From positions 64,001 through 128,000 of the forward strand of contig JANRIL010000038.1 of NCBI GenBank assembly GCA_033764955.1: a stretch of 64,000 nucleotides of DNA, written 5' to 3'. Below the pieces are notes generated by a model, which worked only from the letters and a program-made list of their open reading frames with translations, was not told the origin of the DNA and did no database searches. Shown here one piece after another: positions 8,299 to 19,477 of the stretch; the stretch's first letter is position 1; each line of letters opens with the position of its first letter. This DNA comes from Cyanobacteriota bacterium. GTDB taxonomy: Bacteria; Cyanobacteriota; Cyanobacteriia; Thermostichales; Thermostichaceae. The translations under genes and the position numbers were made by a program.

Positions 8299-10149
8299 TT
8301 GCCTACTCTCAATTCTATGCACTTGAGTAAATCTTTTCGCCGCACCAAAATTGTGGCTACCATCGGACCTGGTTGCCTCCACCCACAAACGTTGCGGGAG
8401 ATGATTGAGCAGGGGGCAACCACACTACGACTCAATTTTTCGCATGGCACTCATGAGGATCACCGCAGTAGCATTCGTTTGATCCGGCAGACGGCGATGG
8501 AATTAGGGATCCAGGTGGCGATTTTGCAGGATTTACAAGGTCCCAAGATCCGCTTGGGCAAGTTTGCGGAAGGATCCATTTCCTTGAAAGCGGGGGATCC
8601 CTTTGTCTTGACCAGCACCAAGATTCCAGGCACCCAGGAGCGCAGCTATGTCAGCTACGACAAACTAGCGACGGAAGTACCGGAGGGATCCACGATTCTC
8701 TTGGATGACGGGCGGGTGGAGATGCGGGTAGAAGCCGTCGATCAACAGTCGGGGGAACTGTTTTGTCGAACAATTGTGGGAGGGCCACTCTCCAATAACA
8801 AAGGGGTTAACTTTCCAGGGGTGCGGCTGTCGATCCGGGCGGTGACCGAAAAAGATCGGGAAGATTTGGTATTTGGCCTCAATCAAGGGGTGGACTGGGT
8901 AGCCCTCAGTTTTGTGCGGGAACCCTCCGATGTGGTTGAGCTACGGGAACTGATGCTGGCAGCGGGGCGACGGGTGCCGATTGTTGTCAAGATTGAGAAG
9001 CACGAAGCCATCGAGCAAATGGAAGGGATCCTCTCGATCAGCGATGGGGTGATGGTGGCACGAGGAGATCTGGGGGTGGAGTTGCCCGCCGAAGATGTGC
9101 CGATTTTGCAGAAGCGCCTGATTGCTCTGTCCAACCGTTTAGGGATCCCGGTGATCACCGCCACCCAGATGCTCGACAGTATGGTGCATAGCCCCCGCCC
9201 CACCCGTGCTGAGATTTCGGATGTTGCCAACGCTATTTTGGATGGAACCGATGCGGTGATGCTCTCCAATGAGACCGCTGTAGGCAAATTTCCCGTTGAG
9301 GCTGTGGCAACGATGGCTCGTATTGCCATTCGTACCGAGCAGGACTATCCCTATCGCAGCTTTCAGCAAAAGCGGGAACAGGTGAGCAGCCCTGCTATGG
9401 ATCGGATCTTTCAGCGATTAGGGGATCCCGTTCCTAGGGGCAAGCAGATGGTGATCCCTAACTCCATCAGCAAAGCGGTGGGGGAAATTGCCAGCGAGTT
9501 AGAGGCATCCGCCATCATGACCCTGACTAAAACAGGAGCCACCGCCCGCAATGTCTCGAAGTTTCGTCCCCGCACACCCGTGATCGCCGTTACCCCCCAT
9601 GTAGAAATCGCCCGTCGTCTGCAAATGGTCTGGGGAGTCGTGCCTCTACTGGTGATTGATCTCCCCTCCACGCGGCAAACCTTTCAAACCGCCGTCAATC
9701 TGGCTCAAGAACAAGGCTTGCTCAAGGATGGCGATTTAGTCGTTTTAACGGCAGGCACTCTCCAAGGCATTGCCGGATCCACCGATTTGATCAAGGTAGA
9801 TTTGGTCAAGTCTGTGGTAGCCAAAGGATTAGGGATTGGCAAGGGACGGGTACAAGGACCAGCACGCATTCTCACCTCTAGCCAAGATTCACAAGGAGTG
9901 ATGGCGGGCGAAATTTTGGTGGCCCGATCTACAGATGCCGATTGTGTAGAAGCGATTCGGCAGGCGGCAGGGGTGATCACGGAGGAAGATGGGGTAACCT
10001 CTCACGCGGCAGTTATCGGCATGAGTTTGGGGGTTCCAGTCTTGGTAGGTGTGAAAGATGCCACCCGCTTGATCCGCAATGGCTCCATTGTTACCATTGA
10101 TACCGAAAAAGGTGTGGTGTCTTCAGGTACCGATGGATTTGGATTCTAA
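8299..10149 (+). CDS. pyk: Pyruvate kinase with C-terminal PEP-utiliser mobile domain
   Basis: RRTKIVATIGP, RLNFSHG, DLQGPKIR, ARGDLGVE, MLSNETA; TSHAAVIG C-domain; alternative ATG start at 8317. Confidence 0.97.
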   Translation: MPTLNSMHLSKSFRRTKIVATIGPGCLHPQTLREMIEQGATTLRLNFSHGTHEDHRSSIRLIRQTAMELGIQVAILQDLQGPKIRLGKFAEGSISLKAGDPFVLTSTKIPGTQERSYVSYDKLATEVPEGSTILLDDGRVEMRVEAVDQQSGELFCRTIVGGPLSNNKGVNFPGVRLSIRAVTEKDREDLVFGLNQGVDWVALSFVREPSDVVELRELMLAAGRRVPIVVKIEKHEAIEQMEGILSISDGVMVARGDLGVELPAEDVPILQKRLIALSNRLGIPVITATQMLDSMVHSPRPTRAEISDVANAILDGTDAVMLSNETAVGKFPVEAVATMARIAIRTEQDYPYRSFQQKREQVSSPAMDRIFQRLGDPVPRGKQMVIPNSISKAVGEIASELEASAIMTLTKTGATARNVSKFRPRTPVIAVTPHVEIARRLQMVWGVVPLLVIDLPSTRQTFQTAVNLAQEQGLLKDGDLVVLTAGTLQGIAGSTDLIKVDLVKSVVAKGLGIGKGRVQGPARILTSSQDSQGVMAGEILVARSTDADCVEAIRQAAGVITEEDGVTSHAAVIGMSLGVPVLVGVKDATRLIRNGSIVTIDTEKGVVSSGTDGFGF

Positions 10150-10155
10150 GATTTT

Positions 10156-10491
10156 CTAGGATTCAGGAGTGTCTATCAGTTGAGACCAATCAGCATGGGG
10201 TGGGTGGTGATTGAGACGGATCGGGTCGAGGGAGTGTTGACGACGATAGCGCATCAAGGCCGAACGAAAATTAGCCTTGCTCACCTTTTCTCCGGTCAAC
10301 TCGGAAAGCAATGCCCACAGATCGGAGCCAACATGCTTGATATGATCAGCCCCATAGCCCATGACTTTGGCAATTTCCGCATAGGTTTTCCCCTCCCATG
10401 CGTAAGAAAAAACGGATACTTGTAGGTCATTCAGTCTCTTGTCTTTTTCTAAAACCTCATCAAGAAAAACTACTGCCTCTTCAGTATTCAT
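10156..10491 (-). CDS. Stand-alone N-terminal HTH domain of cyanobacterial STAND (NB-ARC/WD40, AAA_35) proteins; probably truncated
   Basis: LNDLQ..VF..AWEGKTYAEIA..GY...HIK.VGS.LW.LLS...GEKVSKANF; ends at DWSQLID. Confidence 0.75.
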   Translation of the reverse strand: MNTEEAVVFLDEVLEKDKRLNDLQVSVFSYAWEGKTYAEIAKVMGYGADHIKHVGSDLWALLSELTGEKVSKANFRSALMRYRRQHSLDPIRLNHHPPHADWSQLIDTPES

Positions 10492-11234
10492 ACGGGGCTA
10501 TTCCTATTTTCCCGAAATTTGACCTAGTAAAAATTATACTTAAGTGTATTAGATGCTGTTTTTTAGGGATCCCTAAGGTATAGTGTACGGAGGGGAAAGT
10601 TTCCATGCTCAATCGATCCGCCAATCAAACTTGAGGGCAAAAGATCTTTACCTACCAACCTTCAACCTTCAGCGTATCCCAAGAATGGGGACAGAAAAAA
10701 TTTGTTACCTTGATTTGAACACTTATTAGCACCAAAAGACACTTTTTGTCTCGATTGAACAATTTTTGATGATAATTGAGATCGCATGGAAGCTGGCTGC
10801 CCGTTTTTTTTAATCGAAAGGGTCTGAACGGGGATCCCTCATTGACCAAATGGATCCCTGGGGTAGAGGAAAGAATCCCTAAGATCCCTGTTAGTTAAGA
10901 TAAGTTAGTTACGATAATTTCTGTCCGTTCTGGATCCCTCGACTCATTTAGGCTTATCCACGAAGTCAGCTAGATGTTGACTGGCTGTAAAAATATCAAT
11001 GACACGGATTATTAATGACATGGATCATGGTAACGTCCCAGAGATAATGCCGATGAGCTGGGCAGGATAGCTTATTGAGAACAAAGTCTAGAGCCGTCAT
11101 TACACTTAATTATTCTCAATAAGGATAAGTCCATAAAACACTCTGTTATTTCACAGCCATGACTTAGTCCATACCATCTAGAATTGGTTTTAGTTTTTTC
11201 ATCGAATTTTCCCCTGAATTGGCTGCGACTCACT

Positions 11235-11504
11235 GTGAAGAAGAAGCCTCGCCAACAAAAGTTTCCCCACCTTCTCGGTTCAAAATGGACATCGGTGCAG
11301 CCAGTCATGGGGTGGCGGCATTATGTGATCACCAATCGACAGGATCAAGGCGGGGGAGTAATTTTTGCCCAGTTGCAATCGGTTTGTGACCCAGGAGTGC
11401 GGATCTGGGTGAATGCCCGCACCTTAAAAAATCGGGATTTGTGGCAAGCAGGCTGGCTAACCCTGGATGAAGAGTGGAGCCAGCCACATTCGGGAAACGC
11501 TTAG
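11235..11504 (+). CDS. TIGR02450-family Trp-rich protein
   Basis: FPHLLGSKWT...GWRHY...LKNRDLWQAGW; GTG start at 11235 preferred. Confidence 0.85.
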   Translation: MKKKPRQQKFPHLLGSKWTSVQPVMGWRHYVITNRQDQGGGVIFAQLQSVCDPGVRIWVNARTLKNRDLWQAGWLTLDEEWSQPHSGNA

Positions 11505-11513
11505 GTTGAGCCG

Positions 11514-11657
11514 TTAAGGAGCCGCCTCAACCACGGCAGCCGAGGGAGTTGGAGTGCGGTTGGGGCGAGGCAAAATTGGGTCTATCGTCACCTTAGGGTT
11601 GCAAGCAGCCAAAAGACTGCTCAACAAGATACTCAGCAAAACCGTAAATCTCAGCAT
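11514..11657 (-). CDS. 47-aa small lipoprotein (MLRFTVLLSILLSSLLAAC-NPKVTIDPILPRPNRTPTPSAAVVEAAP)
   Basis: Manual translation; basic residue, hydrophobic core, lipobox LAAC at Cys19. Confidence 0.65.
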   Translation of the reverse strand: MLRFTVLLSILLSSLLAACNPKVTIDPILPRPNRTPTPSAAVVEAAP

Positions 11658-11967
11658 AATGGTCACGCTCAGCGATGTGTTCTTTAAAGAATGGTTATGG
11701 TTTGACTAGTATTTGAGAAAAGTTTTAAATAGCCAGTCCCACAAACGCTGACAGCATAGCAGAAAGTTTTGAAATGTCCATTAATCTTGATCACAAGCTG
11801 GGCTAAACCTCAAAATTGGGATCCCTAGCTAGAGCCTGCTCGTCCGATGCCTGTCGTGGCTGCAACCGTTGCCCTTAATCCCTGCTTGAAGAGGGGCTTA
11901 CTAACCGTCAATCCCGTTAATATAGGAGAACTTGACCCACCCAGTTTTTTGAGGGGAGCAGCATACC

Positions 11968-14589
11968 GTGGACGCTCGTTACAATCCGCAAGAGATCGAA
12001 CCCAAGTGGCAAGGGCACTGGCAATCTATCGGTTTGGATCGGACGCCCTCGCTAACGGTGGATCCGCAGCAGCCCAGCAAAAAGTTTTATGCTCTATCGA
12101 TGTTTCCCTACCCCTCCGGCAAATTGCACATGGGGCATGTGCGAAATTATTCGATTACTGATGTGATTGCTCGCTTTAAGCGGATGAATGGCTATGCCGT
12201 TCTTCACCCGATGGGTTGGGATGCCTTTGGGTTGCCCGCCGAAAACGCGGCGATTGATCGGGGAGTACCGCCTGCCCAGTGGACTTATCAAAACATTGCC
12301 CAGATGCGGGATCAGTTGCAACGGCTGGGGTTTTCCTATGATTGGCAGCGAGAGGTGACCACCTGTAGCCCAGATTATTATCACTGGACTCAGTGGATCT
12401 TCTTGCAGTTTTGGCAAGCCGGGTTGGCCTATCAGCAGGAGGCAGCAGTCAACTGGGATCCCATCGACCAAACCGTGCTGGCTAACGAACAGGTGGATAG
12501 TGAGGGGCGTTCCTGGCGTTCGGGAGCCAAGGTGGAAAAGCGCCTGCTCAAACAGTGGTTTCTTAAAATCACCGCCTACGCTGAACAACTGTTGCAGGAT
12601 CTGGATCGATTGCAGGGTTGGCCGGAGCGGGTGCGGATCATGCAGGAGAACTGGATTGGCAAGTCTACAGGCGCACGGGTTCTGTTTAGCAGCGAAAGCG
12701 GGGTGGGGATCCCTGTTTTTACCACCCGCCCTGACACCCTCTGGGGAGCGACTTTTTTGGTCATCTCACCCGAACACCCTCTGGTGGAGAAATTGACCAG
12801 CCCGGAACAAGCGGCGGCGGTGCAAGCCTATCAGCAAGCGGCGGCCAGCAAAAATGAACTGGATCGCACCGCTGAGGATCGGGAGAAAACAGGGGTATGG
12901 ACAGGCCAGTATGCCATCAATCCGGTCAATAGCCAGCCCATTCCCATCTGGATCGCCGACTATGTACTGATGGGCTATGGCACAGGATCCATCATGGCCG
13001 TGCCCGCCCACGATCAACGGGACTTTGAATTTGCCCAGAAATTCGGCTTGCCGATTCAACCGGTTGTCTTTCCTGCCGATCAGGCGGTGGAGGCAAGCGA
13101 ACCCCTGCAAGCGCCTTATACGGGAGCGGGGGTGCTTCGCCATTCGGGTCCTTTGGATGGATTGCCTGTGGCGGAAGCCAAGATCAAAGTGATTGACTAT
13201 CTAGAGCAGCAGGGGATCGGCTCCGCCCAGATCACCTATCGCTTGCGGGATTGGCTGATTTCTCGCCAACGCTATTGGGGCTGTCCGATTCCGGTGATTC
13301 ATTGTGCCAACTGTGGCCTTGTGCCTGTGCCGGAATCGGATCTCCCCGTCATTCTGCCGGAGAATGTGGCTTTGACCGGGCGCGGCGCTTCCCCTCTTGC
13401 CCAACTGGAGGAGTGGCGGCAGGTGGCTTGCCCCCACTGTGGCCAAACGGCTCAGCGAGAGACCGACACGATGGATACCTTTATCGACTCCTCCTGGTAT
13501 TTTTTGCGCTTTAGCGATGCCCGTAATCCACAGCAGGTTTTTGACTCCCTTCAGGCCAATGGCTGGCTGCCCGTCGATCAGTATGTGGGTGGAATTGAAC
13601 ACGCTATCCTGCATTTGCTCTACTCCCGCTTTTTTACGAAGGTGTTGCGGGATCGCGGTCTGTTGCAGGTGGATGAACCCTTCCTGCGCTTGCTCACCCA
13701 AGGCATGGTGCAAGGTCTGACCTATGTCAACCCCAACAAAACGGGCAAAGACAAGTGGATCCCTGCCCATTTGGTCAAACCGGAGGATCCACGGGATCCC
13801 CAAACGGGTGAGCCTTTAGAAGCCTGCTATGCCACCATGTCCAAATCGAAGGGCAATGGCGTGGATCCGGAAGATGTGCTGCGGCACTATGGGGCGGACA
13901 CCGCTCGCATGTTCATTTTGTTCAAAGCCCCGCCGGAAAAAGATCTGGAGTGGGATGATGCCGATGTGGAAGGACAATTCCGCTTTTTGCATCGAGTTTG
14001 GCGGAGTGTATATGAGTTTATCGAGCAACCCGGCTGGGCAGAACGGTGGCAGGTGGCTCAGCAGGGATTGACGAATCTGGCGAGTCAGGGATCCCTAACG
14101 GCGGCTGAGCGAGACCTGCGGCGGGCGGTGCATGTCGCCATCCAGGAGGTCACGGAAGATATTGAGGTGGGCTACCTGTTTAATACGGCCATCTCGGAGC
14201 TGATGAAGCTGAACAATGCCATGTCAGACTCTGGTTTAGTAACCTCTCCGGTCTATGCGGAGGCGGTGCTAACCCTGGTTAAACTGTTGGCTCCTTTTGC
14301 CCCCCACATGGCCGAAGAGTTGTGGTCTCAACTGGGGGAAGCAGGTTCGATCCATCAGCAGACGTGGCCCCAGGTGGATGCCGCCGCTTTGGTTGCGGAT
14401 CGGATCACGATTGTTGTGCAGATCAACGGCAAAACCCGTGGCACTTTTGAGGCTCCCGCCCAGATCACCGATGCTGAGCAAGAAGAACTAGCCAAAGCGT
14501 CGGAAATCGCTCAAAAACATTTGGCGGAAGCAACCATTCGCAAGGTGATCGTGGTGTCGAAAAAGCTGGTTAATTTTGTGATTGCCTAG
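11968..14589 (+). CDS. leuS: Leucine--tRNA ligase
   Basis: [13 protein letters not shown] (HIGH), TMSKS (KMSKS), editing-domain [17 protein letters not shown]. Confidence 0.98.
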   Translation: MDARYNPQEIEPKWQGHWQSIGLDRTPSLTVDPQQPSKKFYALSMFPYPSGKLHMGHVRNYSITDVIARFKRMNGYAVLHPMGWDAFGLPAENAAIDRGVPPAQWTYQNIAQMRDQLQRLGFSYDWQREVTTCSPDYYHWTQWIFLQFWQAGLAYQQEAAVNWDPIDQTVLANEQVDSEGRSWRSGAKVEKRLLKQWFLKITAYAEQLLQDLDRLQGWPERVRIMQENWIGKSTGARVLFSSESGVGIPVFTTRPDTLWGATFLVISPEHPLVEKLTSPEQAAAVQAYQQAAASKNELDRTAEDREKTGVWTGQYAINPVNSQPIPIWIADYVLMGYGTGSIMAVPAHDQRDFEFAQKFGLPIQPVVFPADQAVEASEPLQAPYTGAGVLRHSGPLDGLPVAEAKIKVIDYLEQQGIGSAQITYRLRDWLISRQRYWGCPIPVIHCANCGLVPVPESDLPVILPENVALTGRGASPLAQLEEWRQVACPHCGQTAQRETDTMDTFIDSSWYFLRFSDARNPQQVFDSLQANGWLPVDQYVGGIEHAILHLLYSRFFTKVLRDRGLLQVDEPFLRLLTQGMVQGLTYVNPNKTGKDKWIPAHLVKPEDPRDPQTGEPLEACYATMSKSKGNGVDPEDVLRHYGADTARMFILFKAPPEKDLEWDDADVEGQFRFLHRVWRSVYEFIEQPGWAERWQVAQQGLTNLASQGSLTAAERDLRRAVHVAIQEVTEDIEVGYLFNTAISELMKLNNAMSDSGLVTSPVYAEAVLTLVKLLAPFAPHMAEELWSQLGEAGSIHQQTWPQVDAAALVADRITIVVQINGKTRGTFEAPAQITDAEQEELAKASEIAQKHLAEATIRKVIVVSKKLVNFVIA

Positions 14590-15626
14590 CTTGCCGACCA
14601 GCGAGCGGCGTAGGTGGCGGCTCCCAATAAGCCGACTTGGGCATTTAATACCACCTGAATGGGCATCACTTCTAAAACCCTTTGCATGCGACCTTTGTCC
14701 AAAAAGGCGCGGATAAACTCACCGGTCTCTAGAAGGCGCAGCAATTTAGCGGCAATCCCCCCCGCCAGATAAACACCGCCATAGGACAACAATTTGAGGG
14801 CTAGGTTGCCAGCTTCGGCTCCATAGGCGGAGATAAAAAGATGTAGGGTCTGTTCGGCTAAAGGATCCGTTTGCTCAAGAGCGGCATTGGCAATCATCGC
14901 TGCGGCATCAATCGAGGCTGCTCCGGCCTCCCAGGCTCGGATTGTCTCCAACAGGGCTGGGGATCCCGCTATAGGCTGGGTATCTCGGAGGAACTGATAA
15001 ATTGCCACAATCCCCTGACCGGAAACCACCCGCTCGACGGAAACCCGCTCATGGCGTTGGAGAAGATAGAGCAACAGTTGGCACTCCAACGGCGAGCGAG
15101 GGGCAAAATCCGTATGTCCCCCCTCACTGCCAAAGACCTCATACCGCCCATTTCGCTGGATCAAATAGGCTTCCCCCAGTCCTGTGCCTGCCCCCAAGAC
15201 CGCGATTGGAGCCTGTAGATCCGGTATTCCCGTCTGCAAGGTACAAAGATCGCTGGCGGGCAATCCCAAAATTCCATAGCCAATCGCACTAAAGTCGTTG
15301 ATCAAGGCCACCTGCGGGATCCCTAAATCCTTGCCCAGTTGAGGGGCTTGCAGCAAAGGCCAGCGCAGGTTGGTCAAACGGGCGGTTTGCTGGACAACCG
15401 GTCCAGCGATGGCAAAACAGGCCACCTCCGGTTGGGGATCCCTCTCCATCCCCAGATGGATGCCCGCCTCCCTGAGAAAGTGTTGAACCATCGGCAGCAG
15501 GTCGGGATAATCATTACTGATGTAGCGCACCCGATAGAGGGACTCCAGCCCCTCCCCTTCCTGATCCGCCACCAAACTGAGCATCGTTTTGGTTCCACCG
15601 ATATCCCCTGCCAGCAGAAGTCGCAT
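14586..15626 (-). CDS. glk: Glucokinase
   Basis: [35 protein letters not shown]. Confidence 0.95.
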   Translation of the reverse strand: MRLLLAGDIGGTKTMLSLVADQEGEGLESLYRVRYISNDYPDLLPMVQHFLREAGIHLGMERDPQPEVACFAIAGPVVQQTARLTNLRWPLLQAPQLGKDLGIPQVALINDFSAIGYGILGLPASDLCTLQTGIPDLQAPIAVLGAGTGLGEAYLIQRNGRYEVFGSEGGHTDFAPRSPLECQLLLYLLQRHERVSVERVVSGQGIVAIYQFLRDTQPIAGSPALLETIRAWEAGAASIDAAAMIANAALEQTDPLAEQTLHLFISAYGAEAGNLALKLLSYGGVYLAGGIAAKLLRLLETGEFIRAFLDKGRMQRVLEVMPIQVVLNAQVGLLGAATYAARWSAS

Positions 15627-15780
15627 GTGGGATCCCCCATGACACACCTATCTACGAGGCTATCCTAGGGCGAAATGGATCCTAGAGTCTGAGGGGTTGG
15701 GCAATATTCGGGTGAGAACCCCTGAGAATAGTCTCCTGGCGAATCTCAGTCCGTTTGCCATTACCGGAATTGACCAGAAG

Positions 15781-17694
15781 TTACCAGGTCCAGCGTAAGC
15801 CTTGAGATTGCAGATAGGCTTGCAAGTCCGCCATTTTGCCCCGGCTTGGGATCCCGGCTGCTGACAAGGGGGGCGTGGTTGGGGCTTGTTGGAGCAGCCA
15901 AGCCGCTGTTCCCCCGGCTGCCGCGCCGATGCTCCATTCGCCGTAATGCACACGGGTGGCGGCATTGACGATATGGCTGACCGCTAAACTTTTGCCCCCG
16001 ATCAACAAATTGTCGATGCCTTGGGGGATCAGGCTTTCCAAAGGGATCAGGATGGGTTTGACGGCAAGTTCGCTAACCGGAGCCGAGCTGGCCGATTGGG
16101 AGGGTTCCCAGTTGCGATAGCGGCAACCGTGGATATCGATGGCATAGTGAACCAAGGCAACGGCTGTCGCCGAAAAGTCTCGTCCACCGCTGGTGCCCCG
16201 ACGAATATCCTGTTCCTGCAGGAAAAAAGCCGGTTGTCCATAGGCAGCTCGCCCCAGGATGCGCCGGCCTTCGCGGATGTAGGGAGTCATGCTCAGCCCC
16301 GAAACCGTTCCCATGCCACCGGGATCCTTACCTGTCAATAAAGCCAGCGGCCAATCGGGTTGAGCATAGGTTTCCATCAGCCATTCCGCAAACAGCAGGG
16401 CGTGATCCTCCCCATCCTTGAGGGCATTCAACTGCAAACCCCCCAGCCAATTGGTGAGTTGACGGGTTTGGCTGAGTTGGGTGGCCGTCATGATCAAAGA
16501 GGGGTTCATCACCCCCCAGTCGTTGCCGCGATTCCAGTTGACTAGGGTCATATCTCCCCGTGCCGGGATCCCGACAAAGGGGTCATTTTGGGTGAGGCTG
16601 AGGCTGCGCCGATAGTGAAAGAAGCTCTTGCCCGCCAACAGGGGAAAGCCCTCTAGATCAAAGTCGCGACGATGTTCGGCACGGCTGAGACCCGGTTGTA
16701 AGGAGGCCAGTTTGGCTTGGGATACCCCCTGATCGTCATGGATGGCTAAAACAAACGGATAGGTAAACGCCTGAGTACATTCCGGATTGTCTTGGGGGGC
16801 AGCATTGGGTTCTCCGGTGGTGGCGGCGCTTTCGGATCCCAGGCGATAGGGCACTTGACTCCAGGCCACCACCTCCCCCGTATCGGTGGCATCAATCACG
16901 ATCAGCGATTCACCTGCCGGAGGCTGCAAGCGAATAGGAATTTTTTCAAAATAGGGATCCGGCGACCAGGAATACCAAGCAATCAATTCCCGTGACAGCC
17001 TGCCCTGGGGCAAATAATCGGGATCCCGTGCAAGCCGCTGCACGGCATAGATGGCCGTAATCTGTTGGCCGCTGGCATCCCGTTCAGCCCCCTTAAAGGC
17101 AGTCGAGACACTCCAGCGGCTGCCAGGAGCCTGAGAAGCAATCTGTGCCAGCCAGCCCTCCGCCGCCCGTGCCCCCACCTGGGGGGGAAAACACAAAAAA
17201 CCCACCCAACAACTATTGATCTGGTGAACCAGCAGGGGCTGGCTGGTTGGGATCCAGGCGGGCAACGGAACCGATTGCTGAGCAATCCAGGCTTTGAAGC
17301 GATTCCAACTGGGGGAAAAATTTTGCAGGTTCCGCATCGGCAAGGATTCATCAAGGGCAGATACCCCCTGACTGCTGATCTGCCCGCCTAACCAGGGGCT
17401 CACCTCGATCAAACAGGTTTGCGCCCCCCCCTGCATGGCGTGATAAGCCGCCGCTACCCCCCCTAGGGATCCCCCGACCACCACCACCTGGCAAGTCCAG
17501 ATTTGCGGTGAAGCCGGCAGCGGATTCAGTGGAGAGGGGACCATAGATGGCGGAAAAGCCGCCGCCACCCTGGCTGGGGAGGAGGGATCCGCGGCTATAC
17601 GGGGCAACCATCCCACCATGGCACCCGCCAAAAAGCTAAGTAAAGCCAACCCCAACCAGCCCCGCCGGAAACGATACCGCCGCTTTGCCCTCAT
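15781..17694 (-). CDS. Exported FAD-dependent oxidoreductase
   Basis: VVGGSLGG, LGGQISSQGVSALDE, IDATDTG, PYIREGRRI; Arg-rich signal with RRGWL. Confidence 0.85.
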   Translation of the reverse strand: MRAKRRYRFRRGWLGLALLSFLAGAMVGWLPRIAADPSSPARVAAAFPPSMVPSPLNPLPASPQIWTCQVVVVGGSLGGVAAAYHAMQGGAQTCLIEVSPWLGGQISSQGVSALDESLPMRNLQNFSPSWNRFKAWIAQQSVPLPAWIPTSQPLLVHQINSCWVGFLCFPPQVGARAAEGWLAQIASQAPGSRWSVSTAFKGAERDASGQQITAIYAVQRLARDPDYLPQGRLSRELIAWYSWSPDPYFEKIPIRLQPPAGESLIVIDATDTGEVVAWSQVPYRLGSESAATTGEPNAAPQDNPECTQAFTYPFVLAIHDDQGVSQAKLASLQPGLSRAEHRRDFDLEGFPLLAGKSFFHYRRSLSLTQNDPFVGIPARGDMTLVNWNRGNDWGVMNPSLIMTATQLSQTRQLTNWLGGLQLNALKDGEDHALLFAEWLMETYAQPDWPLALLTGKDPGGMGTVSGLSMTPYIREGRRILGRAAYGQPAFFLQEQDIRRGTSGGRDFSATAVALVHYAIDIHGCRYRNWEPSQSASSAPVSELAVKPILIPLESLIPQGIDNLLIGGKSLAVSHIVNAATRVHYGEWSIGAAAGGTAAWLLQQAPTTPPLSAAGIPSRGKMADLQAYLQSQGLRWTW

Positions 17695-17722
17695 CCCCTC
17701 TCTCCCCTGACCCTTCGCTACC

Positions 17723-18535
17723 CTAGTGTATTCCTCCGGCTACGTAGGCTTGTGTGGCGGGCTGCTGGGGATCCCCAAAAATCACACTGGTTTGATCGTA
17801 TTCCGCCAGATAGCCCCAGCGCTCCCCAGATGCCGTAAACTCTACGTCAAAAAAAGCGGTTTGATCCGCCAAGCGAGCGGCCTGTTGCATATTGTGGGTG
17901 ACCATGACAATCGTGTAGTGATGGCGCAGTTGCCGCAGCAGTTCCTCAATTTTGGCTGTAGCTACCGGATCGAGGGCGGCACAGGGTTCATCCAACAAAA
18001 TCACCTGCGGCTCCACAGCCAGAGCACGCGCCAGACAGAGGCGCTGTTGCTGCCCACCAGAGAGAGCCAATCCACTCGCCCCCAGCTTATCTTTTACCTC
18101 ATCCCAGAGAGCCACCTGCCGCAGGCGGGCTTCCACCCCCTCGGCGATGGATCCGCGAAACCCAGTCACCCGCAGCCCATAGGCCACATTGTCAAAAATT
18201 GATTTGGGCAGTGGGGTAGGCTTCTGAAACACCATGCCAATGCGGCGACGCACCTCCACCGGATGGGTTTGGGGATGATAAAGATCGTGGTGAAGATAGG
18301 AGACAGATCCCTCCAGACGAAAACCAGGGATCCCATCGTTGAGCCGATTGAAACAGCGCAGGATAGAGCTTTTGCCACAGCCGGATGGCCCAATAAACGC
18401 CGTGATACCCAAGCTAGGAATCGCCAAGGTGACATCCTTAACCACCTGTTTGTTTTGGTAGTAAAGATGCAGGTGTTCTGTTTGCAGGGCAATGGGCACA
18501 GCCGTCAGTCTCGATGGGAAATCCATAGCACTCAC
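17723..18535 (-). CDS. pstB: Phosphate ABC transporter ATP-binding protein
   Basis: GPSGCGKS, GMVFQKP, LSGGQQQRLC, LLDEP, VTHNMQQAAR. Confidence 0.93.
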   Translation of the reverse strand: MSAMDFPSRLTAVPIALQTEHLHLYYQNKQVVKDVTLAIPSLGITAFIGPSGCGKSSILRCFNRLNDGIPGFRLEGSVSYLHHDLYHPQTHPVEVRRRIGMVFQKPTPLPKSIFDNVAYGLRVTGFRGSIAEGVEARLRQVALWDEVKDKLGASGLALSGGQQQRLCLARALAVEPQVILLDEPCAALDPVATAKIEELLRQLRHHYTIVMVTHNMQQAARLADQTAFFDVEFTASGERWGYLAEYDQTSVIFGDPQQPATQAYVAGGIH

Positions 18536-18564
18536 ATCAGCAAAATGATCAAGAGCCGCAATAG

Positions 18565-19464
18565 TTATCTAGGGGAGCGTCCTTGCCAGATTATCGCCTG
18601 CGCCATGCTATTTACCAACAACGCCAATCCCACCAGAACCAAGGCGGCTATGGCGGCTAGCTCCTGCTGTCGGGGAAAAGGGATCCCGGCAAAGTTATAG
18701 ATTAAGACGGCCAAGGAGGGCATCGGCTGCCCAATCCCCTGCGGCCAAAAGTAAGAAAACAGGGCGGTTAATAAGAGAGGAGCGGTCTCTCCCGCCGCCC
18801 GTGTCATGGCTAGGGTGATCCCGGTCAAGAGTGGGGGCAGCGCCACAGGCATCACCACCCGCCAGAGGGTTTGCATCGGGGAGGCTCCACTAGCCAGAGA
18901 AGCCCAGCGCAGCTCGTCAGGGACACTAGCCAATGCCTCAGTTGTGGTTTGAATGATCAGGGGCAGCATGATCAGCGCCAGGGCAAATCCGCCTGCTACT
19001 CCCGAAAACTGGCGAGTCGTTAAGACAAACAGGCCATAGCCCAGCAATCCAGCCATAATCGAGGGCATTCCACTCAGCAGTTGTACCGCCAACCGCACAC
19101 TCTGCACACCCAGCGATTGGGGATCCCCTTCGCTCAGATACACCGCCGTTAGGATCCCCAAGGGCAAACTCATGCCCGTTGCCAATCCCACCAGGATCAG
19201 GGTGCCCAGCAAGGCATTGCCGATCCCCCCTCCCGACATCCCCACCGCTGGGGGAAGCAAGCGAAAAATTGCCGGATCCCAGCCGGACCAGGCCAAGCGA
19301 CCCAGGTAGCCAAGAATCGCCACCAAGGGAGCTAAAGTTAGCCCCAAACAGAGCAAACTCAGGCAGGTCGGGAGGGTTCCTCCCAGATGCCGGCTAGGGG
19401 ATCCCAGCGGCAAAGGCACCCGCGTGGTGGACAATGGCTGGGGGGAAGAAAATGGGTTGACCAT
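18565..19464 (-). CDS. pstA: Phosphate ABC transporter permease
   Basis: GGIGNALLGT, LSGMPSI, RAAGETAPLL; ATG at 19464 with GAGG RBS. Confidence 0.9.
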   Translation of the reverse strand: MVNPFSSPQPLSTTRVPLPLGSPSRHLGGTLPTCLSLLCLGLTLAPLVAILGYLGRLAWSGWDPAIFRLLPPAVGMSGGGIGNALLGTLILVGLATGMSLPLGILTAVYLSEGDPQSLGVQSVRLAVQLLSGMPSIMAGLLGYGLFVLTTRQFSGVAGGFALALIMLPLIIQTTTEALASVPDELRWASLASGASPMQTLWRVVMPVALPPLLTGITLAMTRAAGETAPLLLTALFSYFWPQGIGQPMPSLAVLIYNFAGIPFPRQQELAAIAALVLVGLALLVNSMAQAIIWQGRSPR

Positions 19465-19477
19465 AGCCTCTGGATCC

